From an uncultured Anaerolineaceae bacterium (GTDB taxonomy: Bacteria; Chloroflexota; Anaerolineae; Anaerolineales; E44-bin32), in contig CAZPZD010000004.1 of assembly GCA_964590515.1 (NCBI GenBank), forward strand, positions 23,223 to 80,690: a stretch of DNA of 57,468 bases. Direction: 5' to 3'. The notes below the pieces were generated by a model. The model was not told the origin of the DNA. It saw only the letters and a list, made by a program, of their open reading frames with translations, and ran no database searches. Of this stretch, positions 45,852 through 55,767 are shown one piece after another (within the stretch, counting starts at the first letter, position 1; every line of letters begins with the position of its first letter). A program made the translations under genes and the position numbers.

Positions 45852-46288
45852 CGACCGCCGCGACCAAGATTCCAACCTCGCGGGTTCGGCCGACCCTCAG
45901 CACTCAATTCCATATTGACCGCGAGTGGTGGGAACGGGCCGGCCGTGAACTACAGATCTACTTGCGGGACAACCTGTGCCCGGAGCATCGGCAGCAGTAC
46001 GACGAATCTGAACCCGGTTTGACGGTGGATCATGTGGACCCCCACAGCGGCGAGGTCACGGTCATGGACCGATTTCAGGACCTGCTCATCTCGCACTGCT
46101 CGCAGCAGCCGGACTTCGTCACCCCCCAAATGAGCCTGATCAACGCGATTTTTAGAATCTTCCTTGCCAGTGGTAACCTTCCCCAGACGCCCGAGCAGCT
46201 CTCCGAACGCACCGGGCGGTCTCCTCAGATGATCCTGCGCACGCTCTCCGGACCGCGGATCTACAGAGGAATCCGTCCCCTCGAATAG
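45848..46288 (+). CDS. Conserved hypothetical protein with CxxH..HC motif and C-terminal HTH-like segment
   Basis: ATGA overlap with the upstream gene; LCPEH, SHCS, TPEQLSERTGRSPQMILRTL. Confidence 0.8.
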   Translation: MTTAATKIPTSRVRPTLSTQFHIDREWWERAGRELQIYLRDNLCPEHRQQYDESEPGLTVDHVDPHSGEVTVMDRFQDLLISHCSQQPDFVTPQMSLINAIFRIFLASGNLPQTPEQLSERTGRSPQMILRTLSGPRIYRGIRPLE

Positions 46289-46351
46289 TTTGCAGCAATA
46301 GATCAGGCTTGAGTGCCGGCCTGGGGTGGAACGGCCTCGGATAGGGCGCAG

Positions 46352-46380
46352 TTGCTCAGGGCCAGCCGCTATGAGATAAT
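46352..46380 (+). promoter_or_regulatory. Sigma70-type promoter of tRNA-Arg
   Basis: TTGCTC-17 nt-GATAAT with a TGn extension. Confidence 0.6.
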
Positions 46381-46413
46381 TTGCTCCGCCTCGGGTTCAC
46401 CAACTTCGTCCTA

Positions 46414-46486
46414 GCCCCTGTAGCTCAATGGACAGAGCGCCGGCCTTCTAAGCCGTAGGTTGCAGGTTCGAATCCTGCCGGGGGCG
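46414..46486 (+). tRNA. tRNA-Arg(UCU)
   Basis: Acceptor GCCCCTG/CGGGGGC, A20 present, anticodon loop CT-TCT-AA, GTTCGAATC; CCA not encoded. Confidence 0.95.
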
Positions 46487-46506
46487 CCTCGTTTCGCGAG
46501 GCGCTC

Positions 46507-46737
46507 TCATACGGGGATCTTCGAGGCCCGGCGGTAGCATTCGTCGCGCTCCGGCTCATCGGTCACGCAACAAGCCATCCACAGCCACGCCAGGCGGTCA
46601 CCGGGGTCCTCCCGCAGCACCCAGCCAAGCGTCGCTCGACCCTGGCCGAGATCACCACGCTGAATGGCTTCGACCGCGGATTGCACCGCCTCCGTCAGAT
46701 CTGAATTGCTGCTCTTTAACTCGATGTTCATTTGCAA
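46507..46737 (-). CDS. Small stand-alone TPR-like protein
   Basis: AVEAIQRGD..GRATL..VLREDP....WLWMA....E...CY resembles the N-terminus of the 26713..28845 protein. Confidence 0.75.
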   Translation of the reverse strand: MQMNIELKSSNSDLTEAVQSAVEAIQRGDLGQGRATLGWVLREDPGDRLAWLWMACCVTDEPERDECYRRASKIPV

Positions 46738-46824
46738 CCTCGTAGAAACCGTTGAGCAGCGCCCTTAGGTTCTCCCTCTGATTCATCGTAGCACTCCGAC
46801 CCGCCGGTTGTGCTAACGGCTAGC

Positions 46825-48882
46825 TTACAGTTCCGGCTCCCGGCGTGGCTCCTCGCCGGCTAGCAGCCGCACTCGCTGCCAAGGGGGCAGGTTCTCCATC
46901 TCGGCGAGGGTCTGACGGAATTCGAAGATCTGGTCACGCAGTGCGGCCGCCTTCTCAAACTCCAGAGACTCGGCAGCGGCCCGCATTTCTTTCTCGAGCT
47001 CTTTGATCAAGCGGGAGAGCTCGTCTTTGGGCAGGTGGGCGGGAGCCATGACTCGATATTCGCCGCGGGCTTCGCCTACGGCGTGGATGGCAACTTGATC
47101 GGTCAGGTCGCGAACCGCCTTCACGATGCTGGCTGGCTCGATGTCGTGCTCCTGGTTATGGCGGAGCTGCTTGACCCGCCGGCGATCCGTCTCGCCGATG
47201 GCGGCCCGCATCGAATCGGTCATCTTGTCGGCGTACATGATGACCGTTCCTTCCACATGCCGGGCCGCCCGGCCGATCGTCTGGATCAGGGCGGTGCTGG
47301 AACGCAGAAAACCCTCTTTGTCCGCGTCGAGGATCGCCACCAAGGAGACCTCCGGCAGATCGAGCCCTTCCCGCAGCAAGTTGATTCCGACGACAACGTC
47401 ATAGACACCCAGCCTCAGGTCCCGCAGAATCCCGACCCGCTCCAGGGTGTGGATCTCGGAATGCAGGTACTGCACTTTGACCCCCAGCTCTAGCAGATAG
47501 TCGGCCAGATCCTCCGCCATTCGCTTCGTGAGGGTTGTGACCAGAGTCCGCTGCCCAATCCCTGCCCTGCGGGAGATTTCTGAGACCAGGTCGTCGATTT
47601 GCCCCTCGACCGGGCGGACCACGATCTGCGGATCGACCAGCCCGGTGGGCCGGATGATTTGCTCGACCACCTGGGAGGCAAGTCCCAACTCATAGGGACC
47701 CGGAGTGGCCGAGGTGTAGACCACCTGCCCGGTGCGGGCGCGGAACTCATCGAACGACAGCGGGCGATTGTCGATCGCCGACGGCAGTCGGAACCCGAAC
47801 TCCACCAAGGTCTCCTTGCGGGATCGGTCTCCGGCGAACATCCCCCCGATCTGAGGAATGGTCATATGGCTTTCGTCGATGACCAACAGAAAGTCGGGCG
47901 GGAAGTAATCGATCAAGGTCCAGGGTGGCGATCCGGGCGGCCGCTGGTCGAGATGGCGGGAGTAGTTCTCGATGCCGGAGCTGTAGCCGACTTCCCTGAG
48001 CATCTCGAGATCATAGCGGGTGCGTTGTTCGAGTCGCTGGGCTTCGAGCTGTTTGCCCTGTTGCTTGAAGAGCAAGACCTGGTCTGCCAGTTCGGTCTCA
48101 ATGCCACTGATTGCGGCCTGGAGCTTCTCTTGCTCGGTGATGAAGTGCTTGGCCGGGAAGATGTCGATCGTCTGATGCTCGGTCAGCAGCTCTCCAGTCA
48201 GGTAGTCGAACTCGACGATCCGCTCAATCTCATCTCCGAAGAAACCAATCCGCAACCCATGCTCCTGGTAGGCGGGGACCACTTCGAGGGTGTCCCCCCG
48301 CACTCGAAAAGCTCCTGGCTTGAGCGCAATGTCGTTGCGACCATAGTGGCCCTCCACCAGCTGGCGCAAGACCGCCTCTCTGCGATAGACCCCACCCCGC
48401 TCGAGGTGGATCACGATCCGACCGTAGGCCTCGGGGTTCCCGATCCCGTAAATGCAGGATACCGAGGCCACCACCACGACGTCGCGGCGGGAGAGCACCG
48501 AGGCCGTCGCCGACAACCGTAAACGCTCGATGTCCTCATTAATGTCGGTCTCTTTATCGATATAGAGGTCGTGCTTCGGGACGTAGGCCTCCGGCTGGTA
48601 ATAGTCGTAGTAGGAGACGAAGAACTCGACCGCGCTGTCTGGGAAGAAGTCCTTGAATTCGGCGTAGAGCTGCGCCGCCAGGGTCTTGTTGTGGGACATA
48701 ACCAGGGTAGGGCGCTGCAGCTCGGCGATCAGGCTGGCCACGCAGAAGGTCTTCCCGGTGCCAGTCGCCCCGAGCAGGACCTGATGCTGATCTCCCCGGC
48801 GCAACCCTTCGGCGAGCAGGCGGATCGCCTCGGGCTGGTCGCCGGTGGGCGCGAAGGGCGCGCGCAATCGGAATTCGGACAT
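46825..48882 (-). CDS. uvrB: Excinuclease ABC subunit B
   Basis: [47 protein letters not shown]-terminal UVR domain. Confidence 0.98.
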   Translation of the reverse strand: MSEFRLRAPFAPTGDQPEAIRLLAEGLRRGDQHQVLLGATGTGKTFCVASLIAELQRPTLVMSHNKTLAAQLYAEFKDFFPDSAVEFFVSYYDYYQPEAYVPKHDLYIDKETDINEDIERLRLSATASVLSRRDVVVVASVSCIYGIGNPEAYGRIVIHLERGGVYRREAVLRQLVEGHYGRNDIALKPGAFRVRGDTLEVVPAYQEHGLRIGFFGDEIERIVEFDYLTGELLTEHQTIDIFPAKHFITEQEKLQAAISGIETELADQVLLFKQQGKQLEAQRLEQRTRYDLEMLREVGYSSGIENYSRHLDQRPPGSPPWTLIDYFPPDFLLVIDESHMTIPQIGGMFAGDRSRKETLVEFGFRLPSAIDNRPLSFDEFRARTGQVVYTSATPGPYELGLASQVVEQIIRPTGLVDPQIVVRPVEGQIDDLVSEISRRAGIGQRTLVTTLTKRMAEDLADYLLELGVKVQYLHSEIHTLERVGILRDLRLGVYDVVVGINLLREGLDLPEVSLVAILDADKEGFLRSSTALIQTIGRAARHVEGTVIMYADKMTDSMRAAIGETDRRRVKQLRHNQEHDIEPASIVKAVRDLTDQVAIHAVGEARGEYRVMAPAHLPKDELSRLIKELEKEMRAAAESLEFEKAAALRDQIFEFRQTLAEMENLPPWQRVRLLAGEEPRREPEL

Positions 48883-48923
48883 CGCGCCGCCGACTATATC
48901 ACCGATAGGAGAGCCGACCGAGG

Positions 48924-49991
48924 CTAGCTACGCTCAGCGAAAATCGGGTTGCTGTATATCCACGGCCGGAAGCCATTGCCGCTGCGAAGTTGGACCTCGG
49001 CCCGGTAGGGCCCCGGCCGGCTGATTGTCAGGACGGCGTGCTCGGAAGCGGGCCATTCACGGATGACGTTTCCAGCCTGCAGTATTCGGATCCGGCCGGG
49101 GGCCGGGCACCGGACCTGGAGGGTCGCTCCCAGGCTGAAGGTCAGCACGTCCCCCATGATTGCGTTTCCATGCTCGGAGTGCCCGCTGAACATGAATCCT
49201 CGGGTGTCGGCGGCCAGATCATATCCAATGAAGCAGTGGCCGTGTCGAATGGCTGTGAACAGGATTGCTCGGTCCGCTTCAAGCTCGCCGCTCAAGGCCC
49301 GTTCGCTCAACACATGGGTATTCACCGCCCGAAACAACCACGCATAGGGGAACAACGTCCGGCGCAGCGGGCCTAACTTGGCGGGTAGGGCATGGGCGTC
49401 TGAATTGCCAATGGCGACGACCCGCTTGCCGCTGTCGAGCAGCGAGTCCCAGAGGGCAAGCGCCCTCCGCCGCGCTCCGCGGGCAATCCGGCTGGGAAGG
49501 TAGCTATAGAGGACCGCTTCCGGCAAGCTGCGCAGCCGACATTTGTAGTCAACCATAAAGTTCCACAACTCGAGTCCGGTGTAGCCCTCGACCTGCCAGT
49601 CATCCCAGGAGAGATCGCCCTGCTTGAACCGCGGCGCAGCGCAATCGAACGGGTGGGCCAGGAACGACAGACCCCCATGGTTCCCCACTTGCTCGATGAG
49701 AATTTGAGGGTCGGCTCCGAACTCGGCCATCTCTCGGCGAGTCTCGTAGACCAGGAGGTGCGACTTCTCGGGAGTCCGCTTCGGATCGTGAACCTCTTCC
49801 CCGATGAGCAGTAGCACTCGCCGTTCGCCGACAAAACGATAACCGTCCATCCCCTCCGGTCTCAGGTTATGGTCGGTGACCACCACGAAATCGAGCCCGG
49901 CCCGAATCGCGGCTTCGGCGATCTGATCATGGGTTCCGTGGCCGTCCGACAGAGTGCTGTGGACATGCAGATTGCCGCTGAATTCAAACAT
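48924..49991 (-). CDS. PHP-domain metallohydrolase (CehA/McbA-like)
   Basis: [30 protein letters not shown]-terminal YSNPIF. Confidence 0.88.
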   Translation of the reverse strand: MFEFSGNLHVHSTLSDGHGTHDQIAEAAIRAGLDFVVVTDHNLRPEGMDGYRFVGERRVLLLIGEEVHDPKRTPEKSHLLVYETRREMAEFGADPQILIEQVGNHGGLSFLAHPFDCAAPRFKQGDLSWDDWQVEGYTGLELWNFMVDYKCRLRSLPEAVLYSYLPSRIARGARRRALALWDSLLDSGKRVVAIGNSDAHALPAKLGPLRRTLFPYAWLFRAVNTHVLSERALSGELEADRAILFTAIRHGHCFIGYDLAADTRGFMFSGHSEHGNAIMGDVLTFSLGATLQVRCPAPGRIRILQAGNVIREWPASEHAVLTISRPGPYRAEVQLRSGNGFRPWIYSNPIFAERS

Positions 49992-50093
49992 GGTGGGTTC
50001 TGGCGAAGCATATCATGCGACCCACTCCAGGATTGCAGGGGGCGGGCAGCAGATCGCTTAGAATCGGCAGCTCCGCCCGGAATCCGCGATCCG

Positions 50094-51818
50094 ATGAACA
50101 ACAGCGAAGTGGCTCAGGTCTTCAGCGATATCGCCGATCTGCTCGAGATCAAGGGCGAGCAGATCTACCGGGTGTTGGCCTATCGGCGGGGGGCGGAGGC
50201 CCTCAAGAACCTCGGGCGCGACATCAATGCCGTCTGGAAGAAGGGCGAGCTGGAGGAAATCCCTGGGGTCGGCAAAGCGATCGCCGGCAAAATCGATGAG
50301 CTGCTCGGAACCGGAAAACTTGAGTTCTATGAAGAACTGAAGAAGGAAATCCCGCTGGGGTTGCTCGAAATGCTCAAAGTGGGAGACGTCGGCCCGAAGA
50401 AGGCTGCCCGGTTCTGGAAGGAACTCGGGATTACTTCGGTCAAGGCCCTGGGAGCCGCAGCCAAGCGAGGTGAACTCCGCGACCTCCCGGGGATGGGAAC
50501 ACGCTCGGAGGCCAGAATCCTGGAGAGTATTCAGGCACTAGGCCGCCGACAGACCGGCCGGCTCTCGATCGGTGTTGCACTTCCGATCGCCGAGCAGCTG
50601 TTGGCCGAGCTGCGCCGCCATCCGGCGGTAAAGGCGGCCGAGGCTGCCGGAAGCTTGCGCCGGATGCGGGAGAGCGTTGGGGATCTCGACCTGCTCGTCT
50701 CGACCGACAAACCCGAGCCGGTCATGCAAGCCTTCGTCAAGCTTCCGATTATCGGCCGGGTGCGCAGCCAGGGGCCGACCAAGACCAGCGTGGAGTTGGT
50801 GGACGGGCTGCGGGTCCAGGTTTGGACCCACCCCTCGGCCCGGTTCGGCACCGCGCTGCAGTACGCCACCGGCTCAAAAGATCACAACGTTCGGCTGCGG
50901 GAAATCGCTTTGGATCAGGGGCTGTCGCTTTCGGATCAAGCCTTCAAACTTGACGACGGGAGTGAGATCACCTGCGCCCAAGAAGCCGAAGTGTACGAGC
51001 GGCTGGGGCTGCCATGGATCGCCCCCGAGCTGCGGGAAGACCGGGGAGAAATCCAAGCCGCGCTGGACGGCACTCTTCCGAAGTTGATCGAGCTGTCGGA
51101 TCTCAAAGCCGAGCTGCACTCCCACTCAACCTGGAGCGATGGGGCCAACACCATAGATCAAATGGTCAAGGCGGCTCGGGCGGAGGGGCACCGCCTGCTG
51201 GCTATCACCGATCACTCCAAGAGCCTGGGGGTCGCGAATGGCCTGACCGTCGAACGACTCCGTAAGCAGCATAAAGAAATCGCGGCACTGCGCAAGCGAC
51301 TGCCGAAAGGATTCGTATTGCTGCACGGGTCGGAAGTGGAAATCCTGGCGGATGGGCGATTGGATTACCCGGACGAGGTGCTTGCTGAGTTGGATCTGGT
51401 GATCGCCTCCTTGCACACTTCATTGCGTCAGAGTCGGGAAAAGGTGACGGCCCGACTACTCGCCGCCATCGCCAACCCAAACGTGGACATCATCGCCCAC
51501 CCAACCGGAAGACTGATCGGCGAGCGGGAGGGAGCCGACCTGGACATGGACCGGGTGCTGGAGGCGGCAGCCCGCTCCGGGGTGATCCTGGAGATCAACG
51601 CCAATCCACAACGATTGGACCTCAACGATATTCATGCCCGCCGGGCGATCGAGATGGGAATTCCCCTGGCAATCAATACCGATGCCCACCATCCTGATCA
51701 TCTCGCTTTTCGCAATTTTGGGGTGGGAGTGGCTCGCCGGGCTTGGGTGACCGCCGAACACGTCGTGAACTGTTGGCGGCCGAAGCGCCTGCGGGACTGG
51801 TTGGCGAGCCGAGGCTAG
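50094..51818 (+). CDS. polX: Family X DNA polymerase/PHP exonuclease, non-canonical
   Basis: IPGVGKAIA HhH, GSLRR..GDLD, TGSKDHN, intact PHP motifs (HSH, TDH, AHP, TDAH); third catalytic Asp replaced by Gln. Confidence 0.95.
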   Translation: MNNSEVAQVFSDIADLLEIKGEQIYRVLAYRRGAEALKNLGRDINAVWKKGELEEIPGVGKAIAGKIDELLGTGKLEFYEELKKEIPLGLLEMLKVGDVGPKKAARFWKELGITSVKALGAAAKRGELRDLPGMGTRSEARILESIQALGRRQTGRLSIGVALPIAEQLLAELRRHPAVKAAEAAGSLRRMRESVGDLDLLVSTDKPEPVMQAFVKLPIIGRVRSQGPTKTSVELVDGLRVQVWTHPSARFGTALQYATGSKDHNVRLREIALDQGLSLSDQAFKLDDGSEITCAQEAEVYERLGLPWIAPELREDRGEIQAALDGTLPKLIELSDLKAELHSHSTWSDGANTIDQMVKAARAEGHRLLAITDHSKSLGVANGLTVERLRKQHKEIAALRKRLPKGFVLLHGSEVEILADGRLDYPDEVLAELDLVIASLHTSLRQSREKVTARLLAAIANPNVDIIAHPTGRLIGEREGADLDMDRVLEAAARSGVILEINANPQRLDLNDIHARRAIEMGIPLAINTDAHHPDHLAFRNFGVGVARRAWVTAEHVVNCWRPKRLRDWLASRG

Positions 51819-51886
51819 TCTAGATTGGCGCGAGGCTAGCCGGCTCCGTGGGGTTTAACTTGAGCAGACGACAGGCAGAGGGCAAA

Positions 51887-52735
51887 ATGGCAAAGCCGGC
51901 ATTCGTGACCGACAGCACCTCTTACCTCCCGGACGAGCTGCGGAGGCGGCATGAGATCCAGGTCATACCCCAGGTGCTGATCTGGGGCGGCGAGACACTG
52001 TTGGACGGAGTCGACATCATGCCGACCGCTTTCTATGAGCGGCTGAAGACCGCTGATGTGATGCCGACCACCTCCCAGGCGACCATTGGGGCATTCAAAG
52101 ACCTGTTTGAGCCCCATGTGCGTGCGGGCAGACCGATCCTTGCAATCCTCGTCTCGCAGAAACTCTCCGGGACCATCCAATCGGCCCAATCGGCCAAAGA
52201 GCTGTTCCCTGGTGCGCGAATCGAGATTTTGAATTCCGAATCATGTGCGATGGCGATGGGATTCCAGGTTCTGGCCGCCGCCCGAGCGGCCGAGGCGGGC
52301 AAGTCTTTCGACGAAGTGCTGGCCGTGGCCGAAGACGCCAAGAACCACACCGGTGTGGTATTGGTGGTGGACACCCTGGAATTCCTCCATCGTGGCGGGA
52401 GGATCGGCGGAGCCGCCCGCTTGCTTGGGACTGCGCTCAATCTCAAGCCGATCTTGGAACTTCAGGACGGGGTGATCGAGGCGGTCGAGCGAGTGCGAAC
52501 CCGTTCGAAAGCCCAGGCCCGATTGCTCAATCTGCTGGAGGAGCGGATCAACGGCCGGCCCAATCTGCGGCTGGCGGTGCTGCACGCGGCGGCCGAACAC
52601 GAGGCGCGCCAACTCCTCGATGTGGCGGCCAAGCGGTTGAATCCGGTGGAGACGGTGTTCTCGGAGGTCAGCCCGGTGGTCGGGGCCCATGTAGGCCCAG
52701 GAACTCTGGGCCTGGCCTACAGCGTCGATCTGTAG
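51887..52735 (+). CDS. DegV-family fatty-acid-binding protein (FakB-like)
   Basis: VTDST, PTTSQ, SQKLSGT, LHRGGRIG, LKPIL, GAHVGPG. Confidence 0.95.
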   Translation: MAKPAFVTDSTSYLPDELRRRHEIQVIPQVLIWGGETLLDGVDIMPTAFYERLKTADVMPTTSQATIGAFKDLFEPHVRAGRPILAILVSQKLSGTIQSAQSAKELFPGARIEILNSESCAMAMGFQVLAAARAAEAGKSFDEVLAVAEDAKNHTGVVLVVDTLEFLHRGGRIGGAARLLGTALNLKPILELQDGVIEAVERVRTRSKAQARLLNLLEERINGRPNLRLAVLHAAAEHEARQLLDVAAKRLNPVETVFSEVSPVVGAHVGPGTLGLAYSVDL

Positions 52736-52742
52736 CGATAAG

Positions 52743-53279
52743 TCAGTCGCCGGCGAACGACTTGGTTTCCCCGAGCAAGATTACGTAGGCCTCGCTGGGG
52801 TGGTCGAGACGGCTCTGGACCACTAAATCGATCAGGATGGTCACCCGCCCGGCGTCGGCCAGTTCGAACTCTACTCGTCCAGCCTCCGAGAATTCGCCGA
52901 ACTCGATTTCAGCCCCGTCGTTCAACATCCCAATTGCGCCCGAGAGCACGAGCCGAACCGCGTCGTAGCGTTGCGCGGCGACAGCCTGGCTAGCAACGGG
53001 GAGGGAAACCTCCCCGATGAGCTGGGTCAGGTCGGCTTCCGTGATCGCGGGATTTATCACAATCCACCCGGATTCGGGCGACGAGGAGGCCGGGTGCAGT
53101 TCGAGCCGGTCGATCACAACGGTCAGCCGGACGAAGTCGCCGATCGCCTCCCGGTGATCGGACAACCGGATCTCCACCGTACCAATTCCGGGCGGAGCTG
53201 AGCAGGCGGCAAGGAGCACAGCCAATATCCAGGCCATCCCGGCTGCGGCCGCGATTCGGCGAGTCAGGGGGCCGGTCAA
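52743..53279 (-). CDS. DUF4382-like lipoprotein
   Basis: LAAC lipobox, GTVEIRLSD, DLTQL, YDAVRL, VTILID. Confidence 0.7.
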   Translation of the reverse strand: MTGPLTRRIAAAAGMAWILAVLLAACSAPPGIGTVEIRLSDHREAIGDFVRLTVVIDRLELHPASSSPESGWIVINPAITEADLTQLIGEVSLPVASQAVAAQRYDAVRLVLSGAIGMLNDGAEIEFGEFSEAGRVEFELADAGRVTILIDLVVQSRLDHPSEAYVILLGETKSFAGD

Positions 53280-53307
53280 ATTGGGTAACCGCCCTCCCAG
53301 GTCTGCG

Positions 53308-54207
53308 TCAACCGTCGGTGGGAAAATCCTCGAGCGCGTAGAACGTGTAGCGATTGCGAAATCGCACGACCTCCGGCGGGAGGGTGAAGTCGATCCGAAA
53401 GAGCAACTGCATCTCGCGTTGTTCCCCAGGCTCGAGGGTCTGCTCAGTGAAGCAGAAGCACTGGATGGTCTGGAAGTAGGCGGCGGTCTCAGCCGGCCCG
53501 ACTTCGTGGATCGCTTTGGCGGTAATCGCCTCGGTTGAGGTGTTGATTGCTACGTAGCTGGCGCTCACCAGTTCCCCCGGCTGGGCCAAGACCTCTGCCT
53601 CCACCGGGTAGAACTCCCAGGGCAGGCCAGGGTCAACCGCGGCTTCGAGCTGAATTGGGATGGCGGTGCCCCAGTGCTGGACGACCCGCCAGCGGTCGCG
53701 TTCCAGAACTAGATTGAAGCTGACCTCGCCCTCGAAGAAACCCAGCTGACCGGCGTCGCGCAGCCCATCGAGCTGCTGCTGAAGTTCGGATCGGTCTTGG
53801 GACGGGTCCGAGGCCCGTCCGATCAGATCTTGGAGTTCGGATTGACCGCTGTTCGGGAAGTGGACCTGAGCGGTTAAGATCACCTGTTCGGGCCGGGAGG
53901 AGGCGATGGCCAGCACCGCGAACTCGCCCAGGCCGTCGAGTCGATCGTACAGGGCTGCCTGTTGATCGCTGGGAGGCGGGTTGGCGGCTAAGTAAGCCAC
54001 CTTGCTGCGGGCCGCCTGGTCCTGCGAGCTCACCAACTCCCAGGCCGATCCGTAGTCGTGCCGATAGCCGGCTCGGAAGAAAGCTTCGGCAACTTCCTCC
54101 GGTGAGCTTGGCGTCGTGAGCAGCCGGGCCGTGAAGACTGCCCCCACGACCGCTAGGCCGGTGGCCATTCCGAGCAGCAGTCGAAACCAAATTCGATGAG
54201 ATGGCAT
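53308..54207 (-). CDS. Cox11/CtaG-type copper chaperone with an extra N-terminal domain
   Basis: C-terminal LPWEF.P..PGE..YF..IQCFCFTEQTL.PGE..EM..F.ID..YTFY; N-terminal TM plus about 150 extra residues. Confidence 0.88.
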   Translation of the reverse strand: MPSHRIWFRLLLGMATGLAVVGAVFTARLLTTPSSPEEVAEAFFRAGYRHDYGSAWELVSSQDQAARSKVAYLAANPPPSDQQAALYDRLDGLGEFAVLAIASSRPEQVILTAQVHFPNSGQSELQDLIGRASDPSQDRSELQQQLDGLRDAGQLGFFEGEVSFNLVLERDRWRVVQHWGTAIPIQLEAAVDPGLPWEFYPVEAEVLAQPGELVSASYVAINTSTEAITAKAIHEVGPAETAAYFQTIQCFCFTEQTLEPGEQREMQLLFRIDFTLPPEVVRFRNRYTFYALEDFPTDG

Positions 54208-54218
54208 GCGGCCTCGAC

Positions 54219-55016
54219 TTACGCCTCTTCAAGCTCGGGGTCGTACCGCGCGTAGAATACGAACATGCTCAGCATCAAGAACATCCACCCCTGGATCCAC
54301 ATGAACAATCCACCCAGCCTTTGGTCGGCCAGGGCAGTGATCTGGAATATTTCGCCAACCGCTGCGTAGTATGGATAGAGCAGCCAGCCGCCGCCCCAGA
54401 GTACCGCTCCCAAAGCATAGCTCGGCGGGGCAAAGACCAGAAGGTACACCCAGCGGGCCGGTGCCCAGCGCCAGAGTGGAAACCACCCGTGAGTCGGATC
54501 GATCACCCGCCACCAGACCAGCAGGGCGGTGTAAAAGAAGAGAGCGTGCTGCACATCATGGATCCACGGATTGACCAGCGCCAACTGATACAGTCTTGGG
54601 ATGTGCCAGATGAGCAGATTCGCATTGAAGGCGAAGTAGGCAATCAGTGGATCGCTGACCTGGTCAAGGATCTGGCGAATCCAGCGCTTGCCCAGGGCAC
54701 CCCGGGCCAGCGGGGAGGGGAGGCCAAGCAGCAGGGCCGGTGCGGCCACCATCATCAGCAGCAGGTGCTGGACCATGTGGGCTGAGAATCTCAACCCGGC
54801 CAAGGCATCCAACGGAGAGAGCAGGGCAATCGCAATGGCAGCCAAACCGACCCCGAACAAGACGGGGTGAAAGTCGCGAATCAGGCCGCGCACGCGAAGG
54901 TTGGACAACCGGTTGTGCCGGCGCAGGTCCAGCAAGGCCGCGACGTAGGCCGCGGCCGCCGCCAGCAGGCCGATCGCGATCAGCAGATTGGTGAGGGTCG
55001 CGACGGCGTCATTCAT
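54219..55016 (-). CDS. Caa3-type CtaG cytochrome c oxidase assembly membrane protein
   Basis: SPLD, HMVQHLLL..VAAP, WHIP.LY, H..QH, DQRLGG..MW. Confidence 0.9.
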   Translation of the reverse strand: MNDAVATLTNLLIAIGLLAAAAAYVAALLDLRRHNRLSNLRVRGLIRDFHPVLFGVGLAAIAIALLSPLDALAGLRFSAHMVQHLLLMMVAAPALLLGLPSPLARGALGKRWIRQILDQVSDPLIAYFAFNANLLIWHIPRLYQLALVNPWIHDVQHALFFYTALLVWWRVIDPTHGWFPLWRWAPARWVYLLVFAPPSYALGAVLWGGGWLLYPYYAAVGEIFQITALADQRLGGLFMWIQGWMFLMLSMFVFYARYDPELEEA

Positions 55017-55567
55017 GGCCCGGCCGGGGAGCCGATCAAGTAGAGGGCCGGGTAATAGAACACCCAGACCAAATCGACGAAGTGCCAGTAGATCGCACAA
55101 GCCTCCACGCCCCAATGGCTTTCCGGGGTGAACCGTCTGCCCGCGGCTTTGAGCAGGATGGACCCAATGAACACGAGGCCGGTTAATACGTGAAGTGCGT
55201 GCAGCCCGGTCATGGCGAACAAGACCGATCCGTATACTCCGTCTTCAGGCCTGAGCTCGCTCCTCCATTCGAATCCGATCACTCCGACCAAGAAGATGAT
55301 TCCTAATCCACCGGTGAGCACCAGGCTGCCCAGGAAGTTGGGCCGATCGCCGCGGGCAATCGCGGCCTCCGCTCGATTCATGAAGAAGCTGCTGGCAAGC
55401 AGCACCGAGGTCACGGCAAGCCCTAACCCCTGATCAAGATTGGGCCGGGTCGTCCCCCAGAGGTGAAAACGGACCGCCAGCAGCGCGCCGAACAGGAAGA
55501 CTTCCGACAGAAAAAACAGCCAGAGGCCCAGGCGGGATCGGACGGTGGTGCCCGCGACCGCGGTCAT
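55013..55567 (-). CDS. ctaE: Cytochrome c oxidase subunit III (short form)
   Basis: WLFFLSEVFLF, TGLHALHV, YWHFVDLVW; ATGA overlaps at both ends. Confidence 0.95.
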   Translation of the reverse strand: MTAVAGTTVRSRLGLWLFFLSEVFLFGALLAVRFHLWGTTRPNLDQGLGLAVTSVLLASSFFMNRAEAAIARGDRPNFLGSLVLTGGLGIIFLVGVIGFEWRSELRPEDGVYGSVLFAMTGLHALHVLTGLVFIGSILLKAAGRRFTPESHWGVEACAIYWHFVDLVWVFYYPALYLIGSPAGP

Positions 55568-55767
55568 TCTCGCTCCCACAGCCGAGTGATGTGCATGAAG
55601 AAGTGAAGAATCAGAACGGCCTTGGTCAGCCCGATGAGCAAAAGCGGCAGAACTGGCCCGCCGCTGATTTGGAACTCAATCCAGGTCAGCCCGCCCAGGG
55701 CGACGATCGTCAGCAGTCCGCGCCAATACGGGCTGGGCCGGCTCACTCCGCTATCCACTCGCGGCAT
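55564..55767 (-). CDS. Cytochrome c oxidase subunit IV-family protein
   Basis: LT.IEF..KAVLILHFFMH. Confidence 0.88.
   Translation of the reverse strand: MPRVDSGVSRPSPYWRGLLTIVALGGLTWIEFQISGGPVLPLLLIGLTKAVLILHFFMHITRLWERE

Noticed and set aside
41857..46486. Similar 3' halves of tRNA-Lys and tRNA-Arg as possible attL/attR of an island
   Set aside because: Both are complete tRNAs with their own promoters; no integrase or mobile genes lie between them; the similarity is ordinary tRNA conservation
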